From assembly GCA_041665005.1 (NCBI GenBank), contig JBAYJR010000001.1:70727-131540 (forward strand): 60,814 bases of DNA. Reading direction: 5' to 3'. Below are positions 45,499 through 55,198 of the stretch, in pieces. Numbering within the stretch: the first letter of the stretch is position 1; each line of letters opens with the position of its first letter. Made by a program: the position numbers and the translations under genes. Source of the DNA: Candidatus Buchananbacteria bacterium. GTDB taxonomy: Bacteria > Patescibacteriota > Patescibacteriia > 2-01-FULL-39-33 > JBAYJR01. The notes under the pieces were generated by a model that worked only from the letters and a program-made list of their open reading frames with translations, had not been told where the DNA came from and searched no databases.

Positions 45499-47382
45499 CT
45501 AGTCAATATCCAAGAGCCAGTCATCATCAATTAGTTGGCTAGTTAAAAAACTAGAGTTGGTTTTTTTAATGATAATTTGCCAGCGCCAGAAGTGATCATA
45601 AATTCTTTCAGGGGCAAAAACTTGTAGACCACTAATTTGATTTAACTCTTGTTGAATTTTTTCGGCTTTAGACTTTAGTAGGTTTTTTTGGTCGGGGGTG
45701 GAAATTAGTCGGAGATATTGCCAGAAGGGCGGGTAGTTAAATTCTTTTCTTAAAGCTAATTGTTCGCGAGAAAAATTTTCCCAATCGCCGCTATAAGAAT
45801 ATTTAATTACTTCATTTTCGGGGTTATAGGTTTGTAAAAAGAATTTTTTATTGGCTAAGCTGCGAATAAAATTTATAAGATAGAAAGTTTTTTCGGCCGC
45901 GTTAAAATCTGATTGGTTTAGTAAGCTTTCGGCGTTGATAACGGCGGTGGTAGCCACCTGGGGTAAAGCAAAATCTAATAGCGCTTGGGTGGCTACTAAA
46001 AAATCATATTTATGGTTTAGCCAATCAACTAGCAGAGTTTTGTTGTTTTGGGCTAATTGATTAGTATCAGCATCTAAGCGTAAGATTTTTGCCGTGGGGA
46101 ATTGCTGACTTAATTCTTGTTGAACTTTTTGGGTCCCCGCACCGGTTGATTTTAAATTAGTGCCGTGGCATTTAGGGCAATTACTTGGGGAAAATGATTT
46201 TTGACCGCAGTAATGACAAAATAAATCTGCTTGGTTTTTAACGGCCTCGTGTAGCGTTAAAACTTGTTGGCAACTGGAGCATTTGGCAATATAACCACAA
46301 TCACGACAAACTAAGTTACTGGCCAAGCCGCGTTTGTTAATAAATAAAATAGCTTGGGTTTTTTGAGTTAAACAATTTGCTAAATTTTTTAGTAATTCAT
46401 CGCCAAACAAGGAATAGTTTCTAAAGGCGCGTTGTTCTTTGAGATCAACTAACTCGCTGGCAGTGGTAATAATTGGTTGAGGTTCGGTAATCAGTTTAAT
46501 TTTTTGTTCAATAATTTGTTGCTGTAAGTTTAAATCTGGATAAAGGTCAGAATAAATAATTTTAGCGTTGGTTAGTTCGGCAATTTTTTCTATTAGCGTT
46601 TTAGTTTCATAACGAGGATTTAAATCCCACTGCTTTAAACTTTGATTTTGGGAGTTATCAATAATAATTAAACCCAAACGATCAAACGGAGAAAAAACGG
46701 CTAGTCGGGTGCCCAGAATAACTTGTACTTCTTGATTAAAAATTTTTTGCCAAAGGGCGGTATGTTGTCCACTGGCGGTTTGGCTGTTAATAATAGCTAG
46801 TTTATCGGCAAACTTTTTTTGATACCAGGGAATAACTTTAGCTAAAGCTAACGCGGAAGGGACAATTATTAAAACTTGTTTATTTTTGGCAATAGTTTGT
46901 TTAATAGCTTCTTGCCAAGCTAAGTGTCGGGTAATAAGTTCGGCACTAGTTTGCCAAAAAAATTTATTACTTCCCGTTAGGTTTTTGGACAGATTAAAAA
47001 TTTCGCCAGGCAAATTGTTTTTAAAATCAGGGTAGGTTTTAATTTTTAGGATTTTAGTATGCTTAATTTCTGGCAAAGCAGTTTTTAAGGCCGTGGGCCA
47101 GGAAATTAAGTAATAGTTCTTAAACCAGGTTAAAAATTTTAAATAATTGGCGGATAAAGCGGGAAAATAATTTATTACTTCAATTAATTCTTTGGTTTGT
47201 TTAAATTCGGTGGTGGCCTTTAGGTTAATCACCAGGCCGACTATTTTTTGTTGGCGCCAAGGAATTTTAACCAATTGGCCAATTTGTAAATTTTTTAGTT
47301 CTGGCGGTATGGCGTAGTCAAAAACGCCCAAAGATTTCGGCAATTTTAGTAGGGGAACGATTTCGGCAAAATTTTTATCCAT
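45499..47382 (-). CDS. priA: primosomal protein N' with degenerate helicase motifs
   Basis: FDYAIP, V-K-I-P-W-R, ILGTRLAVF, four-CxxC Cys-rich region, GAGTQKV; no GxTGSGKT. Confidence 0.88.
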   Translation of the reverse strand: MDKNFAEIVPLLKLPKSLGVFDYAIPPELKNLQIGQLVKIPWRQQKIVGLVINLKATTEFKQTKELIEVINYFPALSANYLKFLTWFKNYYLISWPTALKTALPEIKHTKILKIKTYPDFKNNLPGEIFNLSKNLTGSNKFFWQTSAELITRHLAWQEAIKQTIAKNKQVLIIVPSALALAKVIPWYQKKFADKLAIINSQTASGQHTALWQKIFNQEVQVILGTRLAVFSPFDRLGLIIIDNSQNQSLKQWDLNPRYETKTLIEKIAELTNAKIIYSDLYPDLNLQQQIIEQKIKLITEPQPIITTASELVDLKEQRAFRNYSLFGDELLKNLANCLTQKTQAILFINKRGLASNLVCRDCGYIAKCSSCQQVLTLHEAVKNQADLFCHYCGQKSFSPSNCPKCHGTNLKSTGAGTQKVQQELSQQFPTAKILRLDADTNQLAQNNKTLLVDWLNHKYDFLVATQALLDFALPQVATTAVINAESLLNQSDFNAAEKTFYLINFIRSLANKKFFLQTYNPENEVIKYSYSGDWENFSREQLALRKEFNYPPFWQYLRLISTPDQKNLLKSKAEKIQQELNQISGLQVFAPERIYDHFWRWQIIIKKTNSSFLTSQLIDDDWLLDID

Positions 47383-47479
47383 AGTTAAAGTTAGTTTAAT
47401 TGGCCCAGACCTTGCCTATATTCTAGCATTTTTTGATAAAAAAATCCCTCGCCCAAGCGAGGGTGATAAATGGGTAAAG

Positions 47480-48268
47480 TTATAGCTTGAATTGAGCGGT
47501 TAAATAGCCAACGCCAAAGGGATTTTCGTAAGCCAAAACTTCCGGTTGGAAATTGATATTTTTGATTACCCCTAATAAAATCATTAAAGAGCGAAAACCG
47601 CATTCTTGAGCGGCTTCAATTAAGGTTTGATCTAAGGCAAATAAACCATTTAAATCATGAGTGGTTAAAAGCTCTACTAATTTATCATCAAAAACTTTTC
47701 CTTGCGGATTGAAGCCGCCGGGAGCCTCCGGTGTTAAACAATGTGACAAATCTCCCGAGGCAATTAAAGCTACCCGGGTCGGGGAATTGACAATTACCTC
47801 TTTAAGGGCGATGCCAAAGTCCAAATGGTGGCGATAATCTGAAGAATTATAGCCAATTGGGATGACAGAAAAGTTTTTTAAGTGGGCTGTTAATTGATAA
47901 AGAGGAATGGTTGCCCCATGGTCTAATTTTGATTCGGTAATAATTGCCAAGGGGGAAGTTTTTTGGATTTTTTCGCGATCCTCGCTGTTAAAAAAGTGTA
48001 AGTTTCCTTTAAAACTTAGTTTAGTGGTAAAATCACCAAACTGTTCAAAATCCGCCTTAAATTCTTCGGCTAAATTAATGGTAAAAGCGTCGGGTAATAA
48101 ATAGCCGTGAGGTGAAATAATAATAATTACTTCGGGCTTAGCGGCATAAAGTTCTTGTTCCAATTTATGCATGGCGGCAGCCGTTTGGGGTATTTTGGCT
48201 AGATGTTCACGGCCAATTGTAGGAATGATAATTGGCGGGTGAGGAGTAAAGGCAGAAAAAACCAGCAT
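47480..48268 (-). CDS. AmmeMemoRadiSam protein B (MEMO/LigB-like)
   Basis: PHPPIIIP, ISPH, LDHGATIPL, ASGDLSH, ECGFRS, YENPFGVGY. Confidence 0.85.
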   Translation of the reverse strand: MLVFSAFTPHPPIIIPTIGREHLAKIPQTAAAMHKLEQELYAAKPEVIIIISPHGYLLPDAFTINLAEEFKADFEQFGDFTTKLSFKGNLHFFNSEDREKIQKTSPLAIITESKLDHGATIPLYQLTAHLKNFSVIPIGYNSSDYRHHLDFGIALKEVIVNSPTRVALIASGDLSHCLTPEAPGGFNPQGKVFDDKLVELLTTHDLNGLFALDQTLIEAAQECGFRSLMILLGVIKNINFQPEVLAYENPFGVGYLTAQFKL

Positions 48269-48277
48269 ATTAAAATT

Positions 48278-49675
48278 TTAGTTAGTAGTGGTTAAGGTAA
48301 TTGGTTCGCCATCAGGATGCAAATTAAGCAAGGCTTTACTAACCACAATGATGTTTTTGTTATTATAGCCCATTTTACCAAATAAGTCAGCTGAGGGAAC
48401 TAAGCGTTTGGTGCCGTTAGAAATTACGTAAACTGCGGGATCATTTTTTGTTTTGACTAATTCTCCGTCTAACAGTTTAATAGTTTCGCCGTTGAATAGC
48501 TGATCTAATTGCGTGCTGGAAACCTGAACAATTTTTTTGTTCTTGAACCTTAGGGTTAATAGTTCTTGATTGAGAATTGGGGATTTGGTGCCCGCCTCGG
48601 CGTAGTAGAGGGCTTTAGTTTTACGATCTTGTAAAATAGTGCCCAGGGGATAAGAACTTTTGGTGGTTAATGGTGTGCTGGTAGTGTAGTAGCTTAAATC
48701 TTGTTCGGCGACGATAACTACTTCTTCGGGATTAAAGCCTAGTAGTTTAAAAACTTGATTGTCAATAATTTGTCTTTTAGTGTCGCCGACAATTAAATAA
48801 ATATTACTGGTTTCGGTTGATTCAATCACTGAGTATTGTGGAAATTTAAGAGGTGAGCCATCTTCAAATAGATCTAAGTCTGAAGCAGGAACGGTCAAAA
48901 TTAATTTAGGATTAAAGCGAGAAACCAAGGCGGCCTTGGTAACAAATTTACGTTTGACGCCGGCTTGAATTAAATAAATATCCGCTGGTGATTCTTTACT
49001 GGTAAGCAAAGTGCCATCCGGGTAAGTGCGTTTAAAATAACGAGTCCAAATTTTCCAAAAAAGTTCGTTGCCATGCCGATAAGGAGTGTAAATATAAAGA
49101 TTGGCGGTGGCTTGGTTGGTGGGAGTAATCTCATAAATTAAGCTACTACCAAAAGTTTCGGCTAAATTGTAAGTGTGTCCCGATTGAATGTTGTATTGTT
49201 CAGATTTTTCAAAATATTTACGCATAATTCTGGCGGTTAGTTCTACTTGATTGCCAAAGCCGCCAAACAGCACAATACGGGGATCAGTTATATCGCAACC
49301 ATCGCAAACTCCATAACCAGTAGCCCATTGATATTGCCGGTTAGTTGGGTTGGGGTCTTCAATCAAACTCTGCTCTTTTTGTAGCATTACTAATAATAAG
49401 CGGGGACTAATTTTATTATTTTGGGCGGCGTTATAAATAATTTCCGTAGCGGTTTTATAATTACCATCAAAATCCGGAAAAGATTTGTAAGCCAGGCTAC
49501 TGCCCTGGGTAGTTAAAAATCTTTGAATTTGTACCAGGCTCATAGCTTGATATTCGGTGGCGTCAAAATCAGAAATAATATAATTTTGGTCAAAAGTTAG
49601 CGCCAGGCAAATATTCGGTGAAATTAGAGTTAGGGCCGTTAGCCAGATTAAAAATTGTAGTTTAAATTTTTTCAT
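48278..49675 (-). CDS. secreted protein: putative lysozyme-like N-domain plus repeated C-terminal beta modules
   Basis: Signal peptide; LLVMLQKEQSL, ATGYGVC; repeated YPDGTLL / IYLI...KR units. Confidence 0.55.
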   Translation of the reverse strand: MKKFKLQFLIWLTALTLISPNICLALTFDQNYIISDFDATEYQAMSLVQIQRFLTTQGSSLAYKSFPDFDGNYKTATEIIYNAAQNNKISPRLLLVMLQKEQSLIEDPNPTNRQYQWATGYGVCDGCDITDPRIVLFGGFGNQVELTARIMRKYFEKSEQYNIQSGHTYNLAETFGSSLIYEITPTNQATANLYIYTPYRHGNELFWKIWTRYFKRTYPDGTLLTSKESPADIYLIQAGVKRKFVTKAALVSRFNPKLILTVPASDLDLFEDGSPLKFPQYSVIESTETSNIYLIVGDTKRQIIDNQVFKLLGFNPEEVVIVAEQDLSYYTTSTPLTTKSSYPLGTILQDRKTKALYYAEAGTKSPILNQELLTLRFKNKKIVQVSSTQLDQLFNGETIKLLDGELVKTKNDPAVYVISNGTKRLVPSADLFGKMGYNNKNIIVVSKALLNLHPDGEPITLTTTN

Positions 49676-49759
49676 TTTAGTGCAGGTAGTATAACAGAAA
49701 AAGTGATTTTTTACCAGGAAAATTTAATTTAGATTATTAAATTAATCATGGTTAAAATT

Positions 49760-49796
49760 AAAACCCCATCTTTTAAACTAAAGATGGGGTTGGTTT
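49760..49796. terminator. intrinsic terminator
   Basis: CCCCATCTTT/AAAGATGGGG; T-run on the - strand. Confidence 0.75.
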
Positions 49797-50287
49797 TACT
49801 TTTTTTCGCCGGTAATTAGGCGAATTTTAGGATCTAATTGATCCTTAAAAACACCACGTCTGGCCTTTTTGATTGAGGCTAAAAGCCAAGCACCTAACAG
49901 TAGCACAAACGAAATAGTTATTATTGCTAACTGCCAGTCTGCCACGGTAAGGGCAGTCGCAGTAATAGCGCCTATTTGGGCTGTGGTATCTGGTGGTGAA
50001 GCAGATATAATTAAATTTTGGTCTGCCAAACCTCCGCCAGTTGCCATGGCGGACAGAAGTCCAACTTTCACAGTTGACCCGGCTTTTTTTCCTTTTCGTT
50101 TTTTTTCTGTTTGCTTAAAGAAAAATGTTACCAATATGGAGCTAATAACCCCGGCTGTAACTAAGTAGAACAGGGCGTGGCTGCTGACCAGTTGGTATCC
50201 AGTACACATAAATGCTATGTGTATAGCAAGTGCTAACGATACAAGCAAAATTGGTATAAAAAAAGCCAGTTTCCATTTTTTTGACAT
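49796..50287 (-). CDS. orphan membrane protein
   Basis: 3 TM segments; AGGAGG SD; TTGACA upstream. Confidence 0.68.
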   Translation of the reverse strand: MSKKWKLAFFIPILLVSLALAIHIAFMCTGYQLVSSHALFYLVTAGVISSILVTFFFKQTEKKRKGKKAGSTVKVGLLSAMATGGGLADQNLIISASPPDTTAQIGAITATALTVADWQLAIITISFVLLLGAWLLASIKKARRGVFKDQLDPKIRLITGEKK

Positions 50288-50483
50288 AATTCCTCCTGTT
50301 GTTTTGAATTTGTTGTTTATAGATTAGGCCTATTTAGCAAGGTTGTCAAGAGGAGTAAAAAATGTTATAATTTAAGCAAGTTGTAATCTTCTTTTGATGC
50401 AATTAGTTTACTTTATTTTGCAGCTTAGAAAAGTTAGAGTAGTTTTATAAGTTTTAAAGCAAAATTCTTTTAAGAAGGTCTTT

Positions 50484-51218
50484 ATGAAATATTCAGTTCT
50501 GGGAGTAGAAATAGATCAAATTAGTCGGTTGGTTTTTTGGGAAAAAGTTGAAACCTGGTTGCAAAGTCAAACTAATCATTGGCTAGTTACGGCTAATCCC
50601 GAAATAGTTTTACGAGCTAAAGATGAAAAATACCGGCAAATTTTAAGTAGTGCGGATTTGCGACTAGCTGATGGAATTGGTTTGGTTTGGGCGGTTAATT
50701 TTTTGTATGGTCAAAAAATAGAAAGAATTATCGGAGCGGATTTAACCGTTGAATTGTGTCAGTTGGCGGAACGAAAAAATTTAGCAGTTTATTTTTTGGG
50801 TGGCGCCGAGGGAGTAGCGGAAGTGGCGGCTGCTAATTTACAAAAAATTTATCCGCACTTAAGAGTAGTTGGGGCTAGTCCGGGGGGAGTCGGTTCGGCT
50901 TTATTTAATCATCCGGAGGTTTTGCAACAAATTAATTTAGCGCAACCAGATTTTTTGTTTGTCGCTTTTGGTTCGCCGAGCCAGGAACAATGGCTGGCCG
51001 AAAATATTAATAAATTGCCAAGTATTAGATTGGCAGTTGGGGTGGGCGGAACTTTTGATTTTTTAGCCCGATTAATTAAGCGCGCACCTAGTAGTTGGCA
51101 AAAGTTGGGTTTAGAATGGCTGTGGCGGTTGATGCAACAGCCTTGGCGTTATCGGCGGATTATCAGAGCGGTAATTATTTTTCCTTGGCGAGTTTTAAAA
51201 CAAAAATTTAGCAACTAA
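50484..51218 (+). CDS. WecB/TagA/CpsF family glycosyltransferase (GT26)
   Basis: VTANPE, ADGIG, GADL, VAFGSPSQE, GVGGTFD, LEWLWRL. Confidence 0.93.
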   Translation: MKYSVLGVEIDQISRLVFWEKVETWLQSQTNHWLVTANPEIVLRAKDEKYRQILSSADLRLADGIGLVWAVNFLYGQKIERIIGADLTVELCQLAERKNLAVYFLGGAEGVAEVAAANLQKIYPHLRVVGASPGGVGSALFNHPEVLQQINLAQPDFLFVAFGSPSQEQWLAENINKLPSIRLAVGVGGTFDFLARLIKRAPSSWQKLGLEWLWRLMQQPWRYRRIIRAVIIFPWRVLKQKFSN

Positions 51219-51246
51219 TTTTTTATTTTTTTAAAATTATTTAAAT

Positions 51247-52713
51247 ATGAAAGTCAGAGTTCGTTTTTCTCCTAGTCCAACTGGATATTTGCATGTCGGC
51301 GGTTTGCGCACGGCTTTGTATGATTATTTAGTGGCTAAACATTACCACGGAACTTTTGTCTTACGGATTGAAGATACCGACCGCAAGCGCTTTGTGCCGG
51401 GTTCGGTGGAAACTTTAATTAAAGCTCTAAAATGGGCGGGTTTGAAGTATCAGGAGGGTCCAATGCTAGTTGGCAAAAAACTCGTGTCTAAAGGCAAATT
51501 TGGGCCTTATGTGCAATCCCAGCGGTTACCGCTTTATCAAAAATATGCTCAGGAATTGCTAAAAACCGACCAAGCTTATTATTGTTTTTGTGATGAACAG
51601 CGGTTAGAAAAATTACGTCGGGAACAGGCCTTACGCAAGGAACCAACGCGTTATGATGGAACCTGTCGTAATTTAACCAAAACCGAAGTAGAAAAGTTAT
51701 TAAAAAATAAGGTGCCTTATGTGGTGCGTTTTAAAACTCCCATTACGGGTGAAACTAAATTTACCGATTTAATTCGCGGGGAGGTAGTTTGGCGAAATGA
51801 ATTATTGGATGATCAGGTAATTTTAAAGTCTGATGGTTTTCCTACTTATCATTTAGCTAATGTGGTAGACGATCATTTGATGCAGATTACTCACGTGATC
51901 CGTGGCGAAGAATGGATTCCTTCCACGCCTAAGCATTTATTAACCTATCAAGCTTTTGGTTGGACTCCACCAGCTTATGCCCATTTGCCGTTAGTTTTAA
52001 ATCCCGATAAATCTAAATTGTCTAAACGCCAAGGCGATGTGGCGGTGGAAGATTACGAACGCAATGGTTATCTGCCAGCGGCGCTGTTAAATTTTGTAGC
52101 GTTATTGGGTTGGAACCCCGGTGGTGATTTGGAAGTGATGTCCTTAGTGGAAATGGCCAAATTATTTTCCTGGGAACAAATTAATAAAGCAGGGGCGGTT
52201 TTTGATACGCAAAAGTTAGATTGGTTAAATAGTCACTATTTGAGGGAATTAACAGTTAAAGAGTTTGCCAAAAAATTAAAACCATATTTAGTGGCCGGGG
52301 GAGTAAGCCAAGTTCCGGCCAAACAATTATTAGCCACGGCCAAAATTTTACAATCACGCTTAAAAAAATTAAGTGAGATTAAAGAGTTTGTTTATTTGTT
52401 TCAGCCAATTAATTATCCGGTGGATTTATTAGATTGGAAACAAACCACACGAACTAAATTAAAAGCTAATTTAGAATTGTTGGTAAAACATTTAAAACAA
52501 AGCAAGGCTACCGATTGGTCAGCCACTAAATTAGAGCTTAAAATTAAAGAATTAATTGTTAGCCAGCAGTTAAATACGGGCGAAGTGTTGTGGCCAATGC
52601 GCGTGGCTTTATCCGGACAAAAAAATAGTCCAACGCCATTTGAATTAGCGGAAATTTTAGGTTTGGCCGAAACTTTAAAGCGCTTAAAATTGGCGCAAGA
52701 AAAATTAGGTTAA
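51247..52713 (+). CDS. gltX: glutamate--tRNA ligase
   Basis: RFSPSPTGYLHVGG, LRIEDTD, HVIRGEEW, KLSKR. Confidence 0.98.
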   Translation: MKVRVRFSPSPTGYLHVGGLRTALYDYLVAKHYHGTFVLRIEDTDRKRFVPGSVETLIKALKWAGLKYQEGPMLVGKKLVSKGKFGPYVQSQRLPLYQKYAQELLKTDQAYYCFCDEQRLEKLRREQALRKEPTRYDGTCRNLTKTEVEKLLKNKVPYVVRFKTPITGETKFTDLIRGEVVWRNELLDDQVILKSDGFPTYHLANVVDDHLMQITHVIRGEEWIPSTPKHLLTYQAFGWTPPAYAHLPLVLNPDKSKLSKRQGDVAVEDYERNGYLPAALLNFVALLGWNPGGDLEVMSLVEMAKLFSWEQINKAGAVFDTQKLDWLNSHYLRELTVKEFAKKLKPYLVAGGVSQVPAKQLLATAKILQSRLKKLSEIKEFVYLFQPINYPVDLLDWKQTTRTKLKANLELLVKHLKQSKATDWSATKLELKIKELIVSQQLNTGEVLWPMRVALSGQKNSPTPFELAEILGLAETLKRLKLAQEKLG

Positions 52714-52722
52714 AATTTTAGC

Positions 52723-53931
52723 ATGACGACAAAAAAATTTTATATTTTTGTAAGTTTTTTAATTACCCTTTGGCTATTAGGCGGGGTTTTTAGTCAGGGG
52801 CCGGTTTTGGCGCAAACGGTGACGGAGCAAATAACCGATCGTAAACAACGAATTGATGAAATTAATAAACAGATTGCCGAATATCAGGATAAAATTCGAC
52901 AAAAACAAGCGGAGTCCGTAAGTTTAAAAAACGAATTAAATATTTTGGGCAGTCAAATTAGTAAAACGCAGTTAGAAATTAAAGCCAAGCAAGAACAGGT
53001 TCAACAAACGCAATTAGAAATTCAACAACTACAACTGCAGTTAGAACAAAAAAATTTGGAAATTAGTAAAAACAAAGAAGATTTGGCTAATTTTTTAAGG
53101 CTAATTTTTAAATATCAAGAGCAGGGGACTTTGGCGGTCTTTTTTTCGCAAAATAATTTTTCGGATTTTTTTGATCAATTAAAATTTTCTCAAAATTTTC
53201 AAAGTAAATTACAGCAAGACCTGCAAAGCCTGGAGGAGTTGAAAAAAAATCTCGCTGCTAAACAAGCCGACTTGCAAGGTCATAAAATTAGCTTGGAAAA
53301 AATTTCGGATAAGCTAGAAGAAAATAAAGCGGTGTTGGATAATCAGAAAGGAGCAAAAAGCACTTTAATGAGTAAGGCTAAAAATTCGGAAAAAGAATTT
53401 CAAAAATTAGTGACCCAACTAAAAGCCGAGCAGGCGCAAATTAGTGCCGAGATTACCAGTTTAGAAAAAAAAGCACGGCAAAATTTAACTAGTCAGCAGG
53501 CTAAGCAAATTCAAGCCTTGGGTAATGTTTTGTTGCAGTGGCCGGTGCCCAGTCATACAGTGACGGCTTATTTTCACGATCCGGATTATCCGTTTCGTTA
53601 TGTTTATGAACATCCCGCGGTTGATATTAGAGCCGCCCAAGGAACGGCGATTACGGCGGCCGAAGCGGGTTATATTGGTACGGCTAAAAATGCTGGCTTG
53701 GGCTATTCTTACATTATGATTATTCACAACGAACAAATTTCTACGGTCTATGGGCATGTTTCAAAAATTTTGGTTAGCGAAGATGAGTTTGTTAAAAAAG
53801 GCCAGGTAATTGCCTTATCGGGCGGTTCGCCAGGTACCCCCGGAGCCGGTCGGATGACTTTTGGTCCACATTTACATTTTGAAGTACGCTATAACGGTAT
53901 TCCAGTCAATCCTTTAGATTATTTGCCATAG
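52723..53931 (+). CDS. coiled-coil M23 peptidase (EnvC/MepM-like)
   Basis: Signal/TM, long coiled coil, HPAVD, YGH, GPHLHFEVR...VNPLDYL. Confidence 0.9.
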   Translation: MTTKKFYIFVSFLITLWLLGGVFSQGPVLAQTVTEQITDRKQRIDEINKQIAEYQDKIRQKQAESVSLKNELNILGSQISKTQLEIKAKQEQVQQTQLEIQQLQLQLEQKNLEISKNKEDLANFLRLIFKYQEQGTLAVFFSQNNFSDFFDQLKFSQNFQSKLQQDLQSLEELKKNLAAKQADLQGHKISLEKISDKLEENKAVLDNQKGAKSTLMSKAKNSEKEFQKLVTQLKAEQAQISAEITSLEKKARQNLTSQQAKQIQALGNVLLQWPVPSHTVTAYFHDPDYPFRYVYEHPAVDIRAAQGTAITAAEAGYIGTAKNAGLGYSYIMIIHNEQISTVYGHVSKILVSEDEFVKKGQVIALSGGSPGTPGAGRMTFGPHLHFEVRYNGIPVNPLDYLP

Positions 53932-53935
53932 TTTT

Positions 53936-54496
53936 ATGGAGAGATTTGCTAAGGTGCAAACTGCGATTAAAAAAATTATAAAAAAATCTCCGTTGGAGTG
54001 GGATTTGTTGCATGCTCAAAAGACTTTATTTTGGTTATTAAAATTAAATCCCGAGGCTGATGAAATTCTTAAAATTGCCGCTTTGGCTCACGATCTAGAA
54101 CGAGGAGTGACCGGTATAACCGAAACCACGCATTTAAAAAATTTGAGTAACTTAAAAGAATTTAAACGGGAGCACGCCAAGCGGTCGTCCGAGATTATTG
54201 GCGCTTTGGTTAAGGCTTATGATTATTCGCCAGCTGAAATTACTAGATTAAAAAAAATTGTAGAAAACCACGAAGTGGGTGGTGATCAAGAAACTGACAT
54301 TCTAAGAGACGCAGACAGTATTGCTTATTTTGATCAACATATTGAAAAATATTATCAAAGGAATGGTGCGATTAAAACTAAAGATAAAATTAGCTTTATG
54401 TTTGATCGGGTTTCGGATCCGGCTAAACAAATAATTAAACAGTTAAAATATAAAAACTCAGAAGTTACGCAATTAGTCGCGGAAGTTGTTAGATAG
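53936..54496 (+). CDS. HD-domain protein (DUF4202-like)
   Basis: HAQKT, AALAHDLER, HAKRS, HE, LRDADSIAYF. Confidence 0.8.
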   Translation: MERFAKVQTAIKKIIKKSPLEWDLLHAQKTLFWLLKLNPEADEILKIAALAHDLERGVTGITETTHLKNLSNLKEFKREHAKRSSEIIGALVKAYDYSPAEITRLKKIVENHEVGGDQETDILRDADSIAYFDQHIEKYYQRNGAIKTKDKISFMFDRVSDPAKQIIKQLKYKNSEVTQLVAEVVR

Positions 54497-54586
54497 AGGA
54501 TTGAGTGACGGTTTAGTAAAAATGCTCTGTTTTGATGGGGTATTTTTTGTTTATTTTTTTAGGTTTCAGATTCGGGAATAATAAAC

Positions 54587-54615
54587 TTGACTTGCTAAAA
54601 ATATTTTGTTAAAGT
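54587..54615 (+). promoter_or_regulatory. sigma70-type promoter with no downstream same-strand ORF
   Basis: TTGACT-N17-TAAAGT with TG extension. Confidence 0.65.
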
Positions 54616-54621
54616 GTGTTT

Positions 54622-54924
54622 GTTGTATTCTGTTCGGTCATTATTCGTTATGGTGCTTGAGTAATGTAGAAGAGGCAACTTAGTCCTGTACCCTGGTTGG
54701 CCTATAGGATGAAGCGAAGACAACTCACCCAGCCTTTAGGGGGAAATTATAAAGGATATATCTAACTGATTAGGCTTAATTAGTTAGAAAGAAACGATCA
54801 TAAGCTTACCCGGCCTTTAGGGGGAAGCCATAAAGGATATGTCACCGGAGAGTGGTTCACCGGTGAAAGAAACTATGAACCTAAGCCTCCGATAAAAATT
54901 AATTTTTTATCGGGGGTTATTTTA
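54622..54924 (+). ncRNA. unidentified tandem-module structured RNA (~300 nt)
   Basis: Two ~75-nt modules 81 nt apart with conserved CCTTTA-GGGGGAA-TAAAGG-ATAT and AAGAAAC, and a sequence-variable hairpin. Confidence 0.65.
54886..54924 (+). terminator. intrinsic terminator closing the RNA
   Basis: CCTCCGATAAAAA/TTTTTATCGGGGG then TTATTTT. Confidence 0.78.
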
Positions 54925-54934
54925 TTTGGTAAAT

Positions 54935-54969
54935 AAAAAATTCACTGCCATCATCTGGTAGTGAATTTT
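54935..54969 (-). terminator. terminator of the convergent small gene
   Basis: AAAATTCACTGCC/GGTAGTGAATTTT with T-run on the - strand. Confidence 0.7.
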
Positions 54970-54976
54970 GTTAAAA

Positions 54977-55198
54977 TTAATGTTTGGAAATAAAATCAAT
55001 ATTTTCTACTTTAATTAAACCTAAAGGGCCAAGAATAAAGATACTGGGCCAAAAAATGGTAATTAGATAGTCAGGCCAAGTAGGGGATTCTTCAGGTAAA
55101 TATAATAATTCTTGCCAAAAATAAACAACGATTCTTAGATAAGCTATAATTACTAACCACAAAACAAAATTAGTCATTGACAAGCTAATTTGAATAAT
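54977..55198 (-). CDS. small 2-TM orphan protein; start uncertain (ATT 55198/55195 or ATG 55177)
   Basis: Promoter TTGACC-N17-TATAAT (55258-55230), AGGAGG followed by in-frame ATT ATT; hydrophobic ORF. Confidence 0.5.
   Translation of the reverse strand: MIQISLSMTNFVLWLVIIAYLRIVVYFWQELLYLPEESPTWPDYLITIFWPSIFILGPLGLIKVENIDFISKH

Noticed and set aside
54722-54873. Tandem repeat as a CRISPR mini-array
   Set aside because: Only two imperfect copies, the 'spacers' are themselves hairpins, and there are no cas genes in the window.
54722-54873. Hammerhead, HDV-like ribozyme or glycine riboswitch reading of the tandem modules
   Set aside because: CUGANGA/GAAA core, HDV nested pseudoknot with catalytic C, and GGAGA...CCGAAG...CUCUCAGG are all absent.
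54622-55198. Type I toxin-antitoxin pair (RNA plus convergent small membrane ORF)
   Set aside because: Each has its own terminator and the transcripts would not overlap; no extended complementarity was noticed.
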